Program-made: the position numbers and the translations under genes | NCBI GenBank assembly: GCA_951406725.2 | Contig: OX597816.1 | Coordinates: 49,538,001 to 49,602,000, forward strand | Direction of reading: 5' to 3' | Source of the DNA: Octopus vulgaris | Lineage: Eukaryota | DNA: 64,000 bases | Notes under the pieces: model-generated | What the model was told of the DNA's origin: nothing | Seen by the model: the letters and a program-made list of their open reading frames with translations, nothing else | Databases searched by the model: none | In this document: positions 24,845 through 39,862 of the stretch, piece after piece | Layout of the letters: every line of letters starts with the position of its first letter | Numbering within the stretch: the stretch's first letter is position 1

Positions 24845-27800
24845 CAGGATGAGTGAAAAGTAAGTAAACATTAAAAATTGTTAATAAAATCCATACTCCT
24901 CTGACAAATTTAGTGTTATTTCGAAAGAGAAAACCAAATTATTCCGATTATGGCAGCGAAAACTTTTTATTTAATACAATGCAAATTACGATGAAGACAT
25001 CCCACCATCTTGGGATATAAGGAACAGCAATCAGCCTAATATTCAGCAATCGTTTCCCGATAGATCTAGCATAAATTAAGGTTACTGTTTACCAAATAGG
25101 AGGAAACATTCAAAAACTCATATTCAACTAGAAAACTTATGAAAATAAACGCCAGAGCAAGAAAATCCAGAACGAAAGCGCAGTGACCAATACACACTGT
25201 TGATGAAGAAAACGTCTATATCAACTGAAATAAGGCAGAATTCATATCTATTTGTCAGCACAACAAACCCCAAAACATAAAAGACATAGGAAACGTTTTT
25301 CAGACACCTGAACAGATATGCTCTGCAGTTATTCATTTAACAGAAACAGATTTAAATAATGAATTTCAACATCATGTAAAAGGACAAAAAATTATGCCTT
25401 CACTAACGGTGGAACATCAAGCCTTAGACAATTTAATCCAAAAGGTCTATCGAATATTGCGATCGCTTGTTTTTCTTCCTTAGCACCAATGAAGTGGATG
25501 AATCCCTGATAAGGAACAAATAGAAAATTGCCACACCAGACAGAAGCATCAAACACAAGATCTGTACATTTACATCCGTTCCAAATATACAGTTAAACAA
25601 CGTACTAGTGTCAGATCACATTACTACCAACGAGAGATTTTACAACTTAGATCTCTCCACAACAATGATACAATAGTTAATACACAAGCAAATAAAGTAT
25701 CTTGGCATTTTTTCCTAATTTAATCATAATTTCAATATAATTTAGAAGAATTGAGCGTCCTTCTGAGCAACCTATATTCAAGTGTGCGTGTGTGTGTCTG
25801 CGTTTGTGTGTGAAAGAGAGATTGAGATAGCCTGTTTGTGTGTGTAATGTGTGCGTAAGTGTATGTATGCGTGTACACACGCATACACACAAACACACGC
25901 ACACACACATTTATATATGTATATCACTTAATGAAAATGCACTTAATAAGTAGAGATCTATATCGTTGGTCTAAAGATATAGATCTATTTCGGAGCAAAC
26001 CAGTGCTTTTTATGTTTGACAATCTCTACATATGTTATTATGAACACCTAATACAACTTATATTGCTTACAATCAATTAAACTCTTTTAAAAACTGATTT
26101 GCTATTCAAAATGCAAATGTTATGAACATCATTGAATAATTCAAGATCGGTGTATTTGGGGAACTTTTCAGTTTTTCTAAACCATAATATAAAGCTTTAT
26201 TTTCTATAATAATGTGAAATATTCAATATGAGTTGATATTAAATATTTTATTAACAGTGTTCTTTATGGAATCATTTATTCGACGAATTATTAATAGCAA
26301 GAAATTCAAACCTCTTTAATAACATAGCCTAATGTCTATCATAGTCTATACTTTTAATGCCGGGTTAGTTTTGGTAAAAGGGTTAGGGAAATATATTATC
26401 TTGAAGTTGTATTAGTTGAAAAATATGCTGAGTGGGAGTCATCGCGAGTGAATATCACTTGATAGCACGTACCATACTTTTGTTATTCATTTAAGGTGTG
26501 TAGTTTGTCGGAGTAGATGCAAAAACCACCTCGGTTCCTCGAAGTCTCAATAAATTTAACAAGCTATGGCTGATAGAGGGAAACAGAGCGATACCAGCAC
26601 TTACTGAAGCAATGTTAAATTAAATGGCTTTACCAAAGTCAAAACACTCTACAGGCTTCAAAAGTTGAACTCATAACTTTAAGATTATGATACATTGTCT
26701 TCTAGGATCTAGGACACACATATTCACTTTGTATTATTTATATAGCAAATAATTTCATCTGAGACAGTGTGTTGAATCTTAAATACTTTCATTGTTGTGG
26801 AGTCACGGAAGCTATTTAAGATATAACATAGGATACTGAAACAATTCTCTTCCCCCTGTAAGAATATCTAGATGGAAGTTGATAGTTATAAACAGGGCCA
26901 CACGTTGGTATACCAGGCAGCTGCACATTGCTATAGATATGAACTATAAATTCTTCACATCAGTATTGATTTCTTACAATGTTACAATGCCACTTAAGGA
27001 TGAAAAAGTTGGGATAAGTTTAAGCTCGTAATAGATAACAGGCTCAGATAAGAGGATTTCAAGAAAAGCAAGTTATATCTAGTGTCTAGAGAGGATCAAA
27101 TATTATATTCGTATCTTAAAACAGACATATTTCAAACACAACACATATTTTCTTGCTTCTGTTGTTGTTGCTAACAGTTTTTATGTGGTGGGCGGTTGAT
27201 AGCGAAAGTAAAAGGAAATTTCATAAATGGGTAACAGAAATATGACGCCATCTCGGCTCATCGGGAGATTACCCCGTATTTTATAGCGATCAGTGGTCCG
27301 TTACATTTCTATGGAGAACGTTATACGAGTGATAACAAAAATCATAATCTTTCTGCGAGTTGAGGTTGTGTTTCATGTTCGATTTCGGTTAGTAGATATT
27401 TTTTCAAGAGATATTAAAACAAAAATTAAAGAAAAAAATGAACGGTATACTGAGAACATTTTTTTTTATCCATGAAGTGATTTGCTAATAGATTCCGCTA
27501 ATTACGAAGATCTAGTAATTCTTTTTATTCTAATGGTGCCTAGAATAGATATATTTTTATGCGTCTTTAAAAGTCTTTATGGAAAGTAATATATGCTATA
27601 ATCTTTCTGCCACTTCTAATTACTCTCCATATATTTATAGAATTCACCTGTCATAAGAGATATAAAATACAGATATATGTATGATTAACTATACAACCAA
27701 TTTATGTAGAGTATATTTCGGATATTAATGTTAGCCGTTATCTTATTACACATGGTTTAAGTGCGATAATGTAGCAACACGTGAAAAGAATAGAAAATAA

Positions 27801-29595
27801 GTTAACTTGTCTTACTTATTACATTCGTATGTAATGTTACGTTGCGGTGTCAAATCCTGCTAGTGTCAGCTTTGCTAGTCATTATTCTCAGCTTCCATAA
27901 AATAGGTGTAAGTTATGTGATCTGAGTTTATGTATCAATTTCCCTCGCCTCTTCAAATCTACGTTTTTGTTTGCTTATCATAAATTTATTTTTATTCATG
28001 ACTTAAGCGCATTAGATATAAGAATTGATAGAGCTTTGTACGAAATCATTTTGGGAAAAGTTAGTTATATCCCATTAGGTTTTTTTTTTAGGTCAGCTCC
28101 CACCAGATTAGGTTCACTTGTTGTCTGATTGGAATTCGAAAGAACAATTAGTACACCGGTGCTAGTACGATTAAACATTTGTCATCAAACCCAAAACTTG
28201 TCTCTTATCGATGTTTAAAAATCATTATTAAATGTGTGAGTGATTGAAAATCCAAAGTGAGAATGTACTGACAGAAGCCATATATAAAGTGATACAATTA
28301 TATGCATTTGTATAACAAGGGAATATAGTTGTATAACTTTATATCTAGCACTGTTGATAACGCATTCATGATGGAGCCTCTACTTAACGCTTTTGTAGAT
28401 TTTCAAATGGAACATTGAGCCTCCCTAACAGTTGTTTTAAAAATCGTTTGTTCTTATACACAGAACGTTGGTCAGATCGCTATCAGTTGACGTTTAGATT
28501 GATTGGTTGAGAGTCGTGCAGGAAGATCACTTCAAAGCTCTAGATCAGTAGGTACGTCATATGACAGTCAGAACAGTATCTATGACACGTGAAATTCATA
28601 TCCCACTTAAGGGCTGTTTCAGATTTTCCCTGCGTCCAGTAGCTATGTGAACAGCTATTATCTTATTTAGCCAAGGCGTTGTGACTTTTGTGTGTTATAT
28701 ATACCGTTTTCGTGAATGATTCAGATTTTTCTTAGCAAAATGTTGTCAAAACGTGTTGAAAATTAAATGCTACTTGTAACCTATTTGCAAATGAATAAGT
28801 TTGACTTCATTGTTTTGTACGACTCAAAAGCTGCACAAATTAGCGAGTCCTAACGCCATACACACTTATATTATAACTACGATTCCAAGTATTTCGTTCT
28901 GTTCGACTGGAGTTGGGAAAGCCTGGTAACGTGCTTCGATTTTAAACATAACATGAAATACGCATGAACACACATGCATATGTATATATAAGTACATACA
29001 TTTATACAAACACACACATATTTAAAAGAGAGATTAAAAAATTTAGGCAGATATTAATAAAGCAATCAATTTTATTATAATAATTTAGTTAACAATATCC
29101 AACAACCAGACACCAATATATGTAAGTAGAATACAGATCTAAGGTAATTCCTCGTACATGACAAGAAGATCCAAATTTCATTCAGGAGCATTTCGTGAAA
29201 TTCCGAGCTTTTGACAACAAAAGAATTCGCAGAAAGAATATGTGTGCGTACATATATTTATGTATACGTACGCATATATTCATTTATTTGCATCAAATAT
29301 CAAGGTTGGGTCTTTTGATGGGAAAATGTGGGAAGCGATAATTGGCATTTAAGGCAACAGAAACCTCTCAAGTGCTCTTTGAGTGTTTATATTACCGTAA
29401 CTTAGCAGTTCCACAAAAGGCATCGGTGAGATAAGGACGAGACTTTCAGAATAATGTACTAGGGTCGTTTTGTTCGACTAAAATTGTTCAAGGCAGTGCC
29501 CAAGCATGGCCACTGTCCAATGAGTGAAACAAGTAAGAGAAAATATATGTGTGCTTGTGCGTGTGTGTGTGTCTAATTATACTCTCTCTCTTTTA

Positions 29596-29813
29596 CTCTT
29601 TTAACTGTTTCAATCATTTGACTGTAGGTATGCTGGAGCACCGCCTTTAGTCGACCAAATCAACCCCAGGACTTATTCTTTGTAAGCCTAGTACTTATTC
29701 TATCGGTCTCTCTTTTGCCGAACTGCTAAGTTACGGGGACGTAAATACAGCAGCATCAGGTATCAAGGAAGTGGGGGCGGGGGGCAAATACAGACACACA
29801 AAAATACACACAT

Positions 29814-29854
<41 letters not shown>

Positions 29855-30012
29855 CAACGGGCTTATTTCAGTTTTCGTCTACCAAATCCACTCAGAAGGA
29901 TTTGGTCGGCCCGAGGCTATAGTAGAAGACACTTGCCTAAGGTGCCACGCAGTGGGACTGAACCCAAAACCATGTGGTTCGTTAGCAAGCTACATACCAC
30001 GCAGCCACTCCT
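29596..30012 (-). mobile_element. tRNA-derived CORE-like SINE, family B (full length)
   Basis: Reverse complement of 46335-46733, including the internal (TA/CA)n tract. Confidence 0.9.
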
Positions 30013-30729
30013 AGGCCTACAGGGAAATTATTATTTTCAGGATCGAACAAAACCGAGTTATTTTGATAAGAAAACCGCCCATTGAGAGTCGAGGAGGAGC
30101 ATGCCCGTGTATCAACAGTGTGTACGAACATTCACGTACTTACTAAAGCATATACAGATTTGTCGTTCCAGTTAAGCATCCGTACACAAGTATAGAGTAA
30201 ATACAATCAGCGTGTACGTCAAATTACTCAACAGGATACTCCGTTTTGGGGTCCTTGTTTCACTGTAGGTTCAAGATTCCACCACTATAGTTAGTAGTAA
30301 TTTAAGCAATTAGTTCGCGGAGGATTAATGGGTTGGGAGGGTGATGATGAAGGAGCAAAAATTAGCCACCAGTAGTGGATTTAATAGAAATCGAACCATT
30401 GATGAAGTACTACTAAAAAGAAAATATGTTTGTTAAATTGACAGGTAAAAGGAGGAAAGACAAAAGAGAAGGAAAAAACAGAAAAAGGAGAAAAAAAGGA
30501 AACAAAAAAGAGTAAAGTGTTTTATGTTATGTTTAAAAAATATTTAAAAATAGAAGAACAATTGTAGAGAATGTATATAACGGTTCAAATACTTGCAAAG
30601 GTATGTAACACTATAATTAATTTTTATGTAAATACATGATAAAAATGGACTGTAAAAAAAATTAATGGTACTGCATGTGATGAGGCGCACATGCAGCCAT
30701 TCATAACCTCATTGTTATATAATCACCTC

Positions 30730-30825
30730 ATTCCTATTCGTTTTATGTATTGCCCCCTCTGTGGTGACCTGCTTGTTCTTGTTTGTCCCCCTCTATTTTG
30801 GGCCCTTGTGGCTAATAAAGAAACA
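30730..30825 (+). mobile_element. LINE 3'-tail fragment shared with the SINE dimer at 43175 and the insert at 35792
   Basis: cttgtttgtccccctct..gcccttgtggctaataaagaaa matches the reverse complement of tttctttattgcccacaaggggct..acaaacaagg. Confidence 0.6.
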
Positions 30826-31403
30826 AAGATGGAGCAAAAATTCCTGAAATATGTCATATACGCCCGTTACCCAATTTTTCTCCTCGATGCCATTGTTTAT
30901 TTACACCTAGAATCTCGGATATGAAACGTCCTAACAAAATCTCTTCTGGCTATAATTTCTATATAAAAGCTGCAGAGATAAATTTAACAAGTGATATAAG
31001 AGCACTGCTAATAACAGAATAGAACAAAGTACTGACTTATAAAAAAACGTTTTATATACTTTGTAGTATATGATGGTTGTATAACGAAATACAGTGTCCC
31101 TTAATGTATATATAATGTTAGATAACTTATATTGCAAATTACCATAAGTTGAGATAAAGAAGAAATGAATTACTGATGAAAGCGCAACAGCGAAATGAAA
31201 TTATATAACAAGAACAAAAGCGAAAACTACTTCCTCAAATTAGAAAAATAAGGACAGATAAAAATATAAAGATAAACCTAGATAGTAAGATAAGGTGTGT
31301 GTATATATGGATATGTATGTGCATGCGCGTGAGCCCGCCCACGTGTGTGATTGTAAAAGAAAGTGATAAAGATGTACTTTCTGAAATTGCATTCGTAGGG
31401 AAT

Positions 31404-31451
<48 letters not shown>

Positions 31452-33778
31452 TATATCTATATATTTATATGCATACCCACACACAATCATGCATTTAGGT
31501 TTAGAAAAAGAAGATAAAATAAAAAATTTTCATCCTGAAATTAGAAATAAAATGAGGAAGAGATAGAGACGAAGTGAGTTGGAGACGGAGAGAGAGTGAT
31601 AGAAAGAGAGAGAGAGAGAGAGGGAAAGAGAGAGAGAGAGAGAGGGAAAGAGAGAGAGAGAGGGAAAGAGAGAGAAATTAACCAATAGCTTATTCGAAAT
31701 GCATTATTATATAAAACAATGCAAAATGCACACGCAGGCACACATATCAAACTAAACGAACATATATGAATGGAACTACCTGAGAAAACTGAAGACAGAT
31801 GGAAAGAGCAGAGTAGAGGGACAAATTTAATATATTAACGATTACTTAGCGTTGTAAGAAATATTATCTGCCGCTTCATCATCTCATCGTCTCGACATTT
31901 GCGAAAAATATGTGGTTATACATATCAACTTGAGAACTTATATATTACCTATTTTAGCGGCACCGAGTTGACGCCTCACATTTTCGATCACAGCTGCATT
32001 TGAAACTAGTGGGTTAATGTTCGTAAATAGTTTTGGAAAGTATTCAAATGACTTTGCAGTCTAATGATTATTACTAACAAATGCACACAATCGAATAATA
32101 TACGCGGAGTAAACTGTCTGTTGGTGCAACCTCAATGTGTCAAAAGTATTTATTTTTATCGATGCTTTAATTATGAAATGGGAAGTAAACTCCAGCATGA
32201 AATGATACACTAGAAAGATATTTTAATTCTCGCTCTCACATTATTGCTATCCCCCACCTCACACAGTGAATTCTGCTTTAATAGGGACGAAAGAGTATAT
32301 TTGTATTCTTCAGACGGATACCTATATTTCAGAACAGGATTGGGCGCAAACCTACGAGGGGGCTCTCTACACGTCAAATTTTTCTCTTTGAAACAGTAGT
32401 CAAACCTCCACAAAGTCTAACAAACCGTATCATTTTTATAAATGAAGGACACTATCAATAATGTGCTCTGAGATACTTATAGATCTCCCAGGGTCAATTA
32501 TGGGCCCACTCCGCCATGGCTATCTTTGCTGACATGAAACCAAGTAATTTTCTTGAAGATACTTTTTGTTGAATAATCCTCCAAGTACAAGGATGGTATT
32601 TAATCGTATCTATCCAAAACGACAAAAATCATGTTCGAGTTTAGAATACGGAAAGAATGAGAGATTTGAAGAAGATAGTTTTTATTTCAAAATGACTTAA
32701 ATTGGAAAAAAAGGAGTAAGTAAATATCTCTGCCTAATTACACAATCGGTCGCTTATATATTTGAGCATTTACTGACCTTTAATGATTACGTTACTTGGA
32801 GGACGAAACTAAAATTGTTGGATTCCAGTCTATAATTCTAAAATAAATCTTGTTTCAGTCTGAAGTACGTTTGAGCACACAGACTCATGCAAGACGGCAA
32901 TAATAGAATTTTACATTGTTTGCTTGAGGTGTTTGCTGTAACGATGTGGAGAAAATCTGTTTCGCTCATTTGATTTAATTGAGATATAGGGCGATAAATT
33001 GAATCTCGCATGGGTGACTCTGCAATACCATGGGTTATTCTTGCACTTTTCATGGATATGAATGCATGAATGAATTGTTAAAATCACTTATAGGTAGTTC
33101 TGGGATAATGTACGAAATGCAGTGAGAAAATGGGACCCTTAATTACGAGTGATTACGAAATTGGGGGCTTGTTAACAATTTGAAAAATCATTAGCGTTAA
33201 TGGCACTTCTTGTCAAAGGGACAAAGGAGAGAAATTGGAAATTCAAAATAGTTATAAAAATATGAAGATGCTCTTGGGATTTAGACGGGGCATAAACATT
33301 TAAGTGGATGTGTTTGATTGTTTTATAAGCAATTCATATGATTATAAGTTTATATCATTAATATTCGTTTCCACGGAACCAGAGTCTAAATCCCTTAGAA
33401 CTTACCCCTTTTGTTTTATTTATTCACAATATTCAAATCTTTGATTGTGACAGATATTTCAAATAAAGTAAACCTGTGAAGCGTATATTATAAATTTGTC
33501 TGAGACAAACTCGTCACCCTTTACCACGCTTTGGAATCACTCTGTGCATAAATAAGAAATTTAAAAGTAGGTCACCATTTGTATGTCTTTTCTACATGTT
33601 TCAGTCAATAAATTGCGGCTATTGTGCAGCACGGCCTTCAATATCCGTACTTAGTTTTTAATCTATTCTAGCCACTCTTTTGCCGAACCACTAAATTACA
33701 TAAACGGTACTGGGTACATAAACTCACCCGGACCGGTTGTCAGGCAGTGGTGACGGAATAAACACGCACACACACATA

Positions 33779-34333
33779 TCTATTATATGAAATCCGTTCT
33801 GTGTACGCGTGTGTGTCTTCTAGGATCTCGGGCATCCTCCATCCGATTGCGCCCAAATTTGATATGAAGATACCGACGGTATCAGGGCGTGTATAAGTCT
33901 TGAAAAAAGTACAAAAATCGATTCCAGGTGAGAATGCTATCGATAAAGCCGTTTGTGTCCTGCTTTTCATCCGTCAACCTGTATATAACTACACCTTTCA
34001 TTTTTTTTTGTTTTTGTACTGCTTAAAGGCACATTTATTTCCTGCCAAGCTTGCTGCTTAAACCATGTTTGTGTTCTCCCAGTCAAAAGCCTTATCATTA
34101 CTGGTACTTTAAAATCTTCGGTTGCATATTTGTGTGAATAAAATCGTTTTTCTTTGGAATAGAAAAAAGTCCATCTTTATTTCTTCTTTTGCTGTTGTCT
34201 CAAATTTAGGTTAAATCAGTGTTTCTCAAAGGGGAGGCCTATGGGACGGTCGGACAAGTTGTTTTGAGAAAATTTGGTTTAGATGTTTGACAACTCAGCA
34301 CCGTCCATTGGACGAGGGGCGTTTTGCGCGCGT
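33779..34333 (+). mobile_element. Non-autonomous Helitron-like element nested in the internal microsatellite of a family B SINE
   Basis: 5' a|TCtattatatgaaa; subterminal hairpin cgtcca-t-tggacg (34302-34314); CTRR end decayed. SINE B halves lie at about 33590-33775 and 34346-34500 on the minus strand. Confidence 0.65.
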
Positions 34334-35490
34334 GTATATATATACGTACGACGAGCTTTTTTACAGATTCCGTCTCCCAAGTCCACCCACAAGGATTTGG
34401 TCGATTATAGTAAAAGACATTTTCCCCAGATACCACCTAGCGGGACGGAACCCAGAACCACGTGGTTAGGAGGCAAGCTTCTTACTACACAGCCACGCCG
34501 TTCAACTGACTTAACAAAAAGTCTTAAGAATATCAGTATTATAAACACATTATGAATCAATATCATGGAAAAATTGATGAACGGCAGAAAAAATACGTGC
34601 CCTCGTAGAAACTTATGATATTTAGTTATGTTTGTTCATATTATAAACTTGATTTGAAATTCCATCCAAAAATAAATCGATAAAATACGTATTAGCAATA
34701 TACCAGGGTATTCCATCGATCAACTATATTCATACCCAATATATTTGTAGCCGCGTGCTAAAACTGGTAATCAATATTATTGATGCATGAAAATCGTCAA
34801 AACGTTAAATTATACAAATCTATAAATTAAGACAGGAAACAGGTTTGCTTATCATTGACTCCTTCGGAAAGAATTAAAATTTAATACAATTTGTTTTTGC
34901 GAATTGATCTTTTTAAAGTAACAGAATCAATAAATATTCAGCGTAATCAAGTTAAAATTTCTAAAAAAATTTCTAATCAAGTAGAATATAAAAAAATTAG
35001 GCATTAATTTTTCATTAAATTTCTTTAGTTGTGTAAAGTCAAAATTATTTTGAAATGCAAATAAACTATTTATACAAACTGCCAATTGGTAATAGAATTT
35101 CCGAAAAAGATAATTTCTTGAAATAATCAAAGATTGCCCTACGAAACATATTTTACTACTATTACCACGACAGGATTTCTTAAAAATGAATGTCTTTAAC
35201 ACGAGGTTTATACGATTTTGAATTTTCAAGGATTCTTACCAAAAGCAATCTGTAAAGGGACACAAATTGAATAATTTACTTCATGATACGCACAAACATA
35301 TATACACACACAACCACACACAAACACACCCACAAACACACACACACGCACACACACATATACACTTACATACACACAAATACACATACATATCCTATTT
35401 GCAACAGTGGGAATTATTTAATTTGTGGAACGCACTTTAACTGGATATTTAGCAAATTGAAGTCATATTCATGCCTGAGAAAGTAATATA

Positions 35491-35522
<32 letters not shown>

Positions 35523-35699
35523 CATGCATATATACATATATATATATATATATATATCCATTTGTATATACATACACGCAAGACACCTATATATAAATTT
35601 TAAGATTTCACAGGCATTGCGGCACAAACAAGCTAGTATGAGAACTCACTTCGCATACATTTAATATACAAGATACTTTCAAAGTATATGTGTTTATAT

Positions 35700-36475
35700 A
35701 TATATTATATAAAACCCGTTCTGTCTGTCTGTGTGTGTGTATTCTAGGATTTCGGGCATCCTTCATCCGATTGTGCTCAAGTTTGATATGTTATTTCTTT
35801 ATTACCCACCAGGGGCTACGAAGAATGGCGGACATAACAAAACATGGGGGACATAGAACAACGTGATTAAATTTATGAGCAAATGAAAATTAAAAAATGA
35901 TAATATGAAAGCGATGCTAACGGCCTCAAGTTTGATATGTAGATACCGACAGTATCGGGGCGTGTATAAGTCTTGAAAAATGCACGTGCACTTTCCGCAA
36001 TAAAAAGCCGGCTGGCAGTATATTTAAGAGACCAAAAAACGTAAGATCCAAATGAGATATTTTCTGCAAACTTGGCATGAAGGAAGGAAACGCTATTTGG
36101 TTTCTCAAGAAGTTTTGTTTTTGCCATAATTTCGTTTAACAATCCAAAATTTTTATTGAAATAAATGCATGCTTAATTATTTTTTAATGAAAAGAACTCT
36201 TTAAACCATGTTTATGTTCTCCCAGTCAACAGCCTTCTCATTACAGGTACTTTAAAATCTTCGGTTGCATATTTATGCGAATAAAATCGTCTTTTTTTGG
36301 AATAGAAAAAGAGTCTATCTTTATTTTTTCTTCAGCTGGTGTCTGAAATTTAGGTTAAATCAGTGTTTCTCAAAGGGGAAGTCTATGAGACGGTCGGAAA
36401 GTTGTTTTGAGAAAATTTGGTTTAAATATTTGACAACTCAGCACCGTCCATTGGATGGCGGGGGCTTTTGTTCGT
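35700..36475 (+). mobile_element. Second copy of the same Helitron-like family
   Basis: 35703-35790 plus 35925-35980 match 33781-33908; 36200-36470 matches 34058-34327, including the hairpin. Confidence 0.7.
35792..35924 (-). mobile_element. 133-bp 5'-truncated LINE 3' end with a 16-bp target-site duplication
   Basis: ctcaagtttgatatgt occurs at 35776-35791 and 35925-35940; the paralogous element at about 33855 shows the empty site. Confidence 0.8.
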
Positions 36476-36603
36476 ACATATATATACATACATACATACA
36501 TATACGACGGGGTTATACAGTTTTGTGTCACGCAGTGCGACTGAACCCGGAAGCATGTGCTTGGGAAGGAAGCTACTTACTACACAGTCACTCCTATTTT
36601 ATA

Positions 36604-36645
<42 letters not shown>

Positions 36646-36917
36646 CACACATATATATATATACACACATATATATATATATATACATATACACACACAC
36701 ACATATATATATATATATTTAACAAGTTATTATAATAATATATTAATATATAATGGTTTCGAAATTTGATCAACAGGATATTGTTTCTCATCAGACGTTT
36801 CGACAATTACTCCGATTTAAAAGACATAGCATACCTCTTATTCATTCACGCTGAAAAACGACCGATAAATTTCAAAACGGTTTTAGTGTATAGAAACATA
36901 CAATAAGATATTGCAAT

Positions 36918-36982
<65 letters not shown>

Positions 36983-37227
36983 AGATAGAGAGAGAGAGAG
37001 AGGCAGACAGAGATACAAACACACATATATATATACATAGGAAGAATCATTTATGAGAAGTTATACTTGCAAATCTTGATCCGCAGTTGCAAATCTTAAT
37101 ATTCATACACTATTTAGTATCCATGTCACTATGGAAAGAAAACGGTCATATTTCAACACTGCGAACTCCCTTCATTAATCGAAAATTTGATAGGTTCTTT
37201 TAGGCTAATCTTATCGAATGAATTATA

Positions 37228-38152
37228 ACGTGGATTATATTAAGAGAAATGGTGTATTTGTTATTAAATATTTAGTGACTTGATAACGTATGGAAATCTA
37301 CTTTTGTGTAGTCAGTATCCTAAATAAAAGGTTATTTAGAAAGCAGCTAAGTCCGACTGAATATAATCAAATTCCTCTGCTATCATGCATCTATAACATC
37401 AAACATACTTCCCGTACCTTTATCTCCTCTATTTATCGCGGAGCTTATGAACTCTTCATTACAATACATGTACACAACTGCAATGTATGTATAATTTTTC
37501 TATTATCTGGACATTATCTATTAACGTAAAAGCGTATCAGATACTCAGCGTGGTTAACAAACACAGGCTTTTGCTCACTTTGAACGGTCCCGATCTATCC
37601 CTTTGATCTATATTCCATCACGAACCAGTCGTACGGAATCACTTTTATAATCATGATTATGCCATTATTTGCTCTAAAGAAAAACTTACCAGTTTGGGAG
37701 AGAGATCATATCAAAAATGGCCTTCAATAGACAAAACAAACTTTGACATACGACATTTTTTTTATTTTCAAGTAGCTACCAAAAGTAAGTGAGAACATAC
37801 AAGTTTTACAGCAGTAACATTTAACGACAGAAATATTCAAAAGTTAATTCTCTGCATTCCTTCCTCACTTTTTTTTTACCATCAGTATTTATTTTCTGTT
37901 AATATGCGGCATTATATATCTTACTCAGATCTTCATATATTACCAGCTTCACACAGCCATTTAAATTATATATTTAAAATAGGTGGCTATCGCAATTAAA
38001 TATGAGTTTAACCTGGATTATATTAAGAGAAATTGTGTATTTGTCATTAAATAATTTAGTGTATTGATAACGTATGGGAAGCTTCTACTTTTCTGTTGTC
38101 AGAATCCCAAATCAAAAGTCATTTAGAAAGCAACTAAGTTCGACTGAATATA
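37228..38152. repeat. Pair of about 140-bp diverged direct repeats about 780 bp apart
   Basis: tggattatattaagagaaa..gataacgtatgg..atttagaaagca.ctaagt.cgactgaatata at about 37228-37365 and about 38012-38152. Confidence 0.85.
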
Positions 38153-38369
38153 TTATATATATATATATATATCGTAGGCTCGAAACGTAAAATACTTTTT
38201 CTATTCCTGAGCGCTATACTAATACATCTGTTTGTTTGTACACCACCTGCCTTCGTCTTTTGTTTATTTTCGTAAACTTTCCCTTTTATATATATATATA
38301 TAAACCATCCGATTTTCTGAGTACCTCATTTCTTCTAATATAAAATACCTGTACATCATCTCCAAACCT

Positions 38370-38417
<48 letters not shown>

Positions 38418-39639
38418 AAACGAAGCAAGTTTATATTTTGCCTTACCTGATGAGCTATGAAAAATTCAATTGTATTTCGCATTGTATTCTAGTTTTACTG
38501 TTATATTCGTGGCATTTGAACTTCATGAGGAACCAGCAAAGCAAAGCCTTGAGGCGATTGGTGAAATCATTCCTTGCAACTCTCCAGTAAAGAACCCCGA
38601 TATATTTTTGAAATATATATAACAGAGCCCCTTTGTCTTCTGAACGTTAATTAGTCACGCCATTTCAAAAAAAAAAAAATAGTTTGTTAATTATTCAGCA
38701 AGTACCTATCATGAATCGTATAGTGATTCACTCTGGCTAAAAGTGTATGAATATAACAATTATCTGATCGAAATTTGTTCTTTCAGAACGAGTTTCTCCC
38801 AGACAAATTTATGATATACGCTTCACAAGTTTGCTTTATTTAAAATATCGGTCACGATCAAAGATTTGAATATTGTGAATAAATAAAGCAGTAAATAATT
38901 ACAAATTTATACAGCAGTATAATGTAATCACTAATTAGGATTATATCGAATATAGCTTTATAAAGTATTAGCGTATATGGTCAAAATGGCGTACTCTTAA
39001 AGTAGGGCAATAAGCTGACATTTCATATATAAATACATAAATATAAACACACACACACACATTATATATATATGACAAATGCATGTGTACAAAAAGTGTG
39101 TGCACAGAAAAGAGGAGAAAAATTTAAACTTTATAACTAGAAATAGGGATAGAAAATATCAAACGGCTTCAACCTCAAGGCATATCCAGGAGGCAGTAAT
39201 TCTAAAAGACCAAAATGCTGACGCAAAGTTATTTAAATATTTTAAGTATTTTTTCTACAAGAAGGATATTTGATATTGGAAAAAAAAAACCCTTGTATTT
39301 TAGAGATGTGTACTTTTATATATATTCAGTGGTGGGAAGAACTTTTGCTCTGCAAATGAAGATTGAGAGGCACGATCATTCATACAGCGGAAAGATGAGG
39401 TCGATCGGAACTTAAACTGACGTCGATGCCACTGGCTTGATATTCAAATGCATATTTCATGAACACTACAAAAGAGATGCCAAAATGTTTCTGTGTGAAA
39501 ACACATCGCTTCATTCTGCTTTTCGCACAAAGATTTTAGTAACACATTCTGTTATACCATGCTTAGCAACTTAGCCGACCAACAAGTGATTGGTGACATC
39601 AAAAGAAGCGTGGACATATATGCGTATACATATACACAC

Positions 39640-39694
<55 letters not shown>

Positions 39695-39817
39695 CATAAA
39701 TACATACATATATATATATATATATACATATACATAAATACATACATATATATATGTATATATATAGCCATATGTGTATATGTATATATATATATATTTA
39801 TATACATACATACACAC

Positions 39818-39862
<45 letters not shown>

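Noticed and set aside
38446-38480. ctgatgagctatgaaa hammerhead-like boxes
   Set aside because: No stem II, stem I or NUH triplet in register; likely chance.
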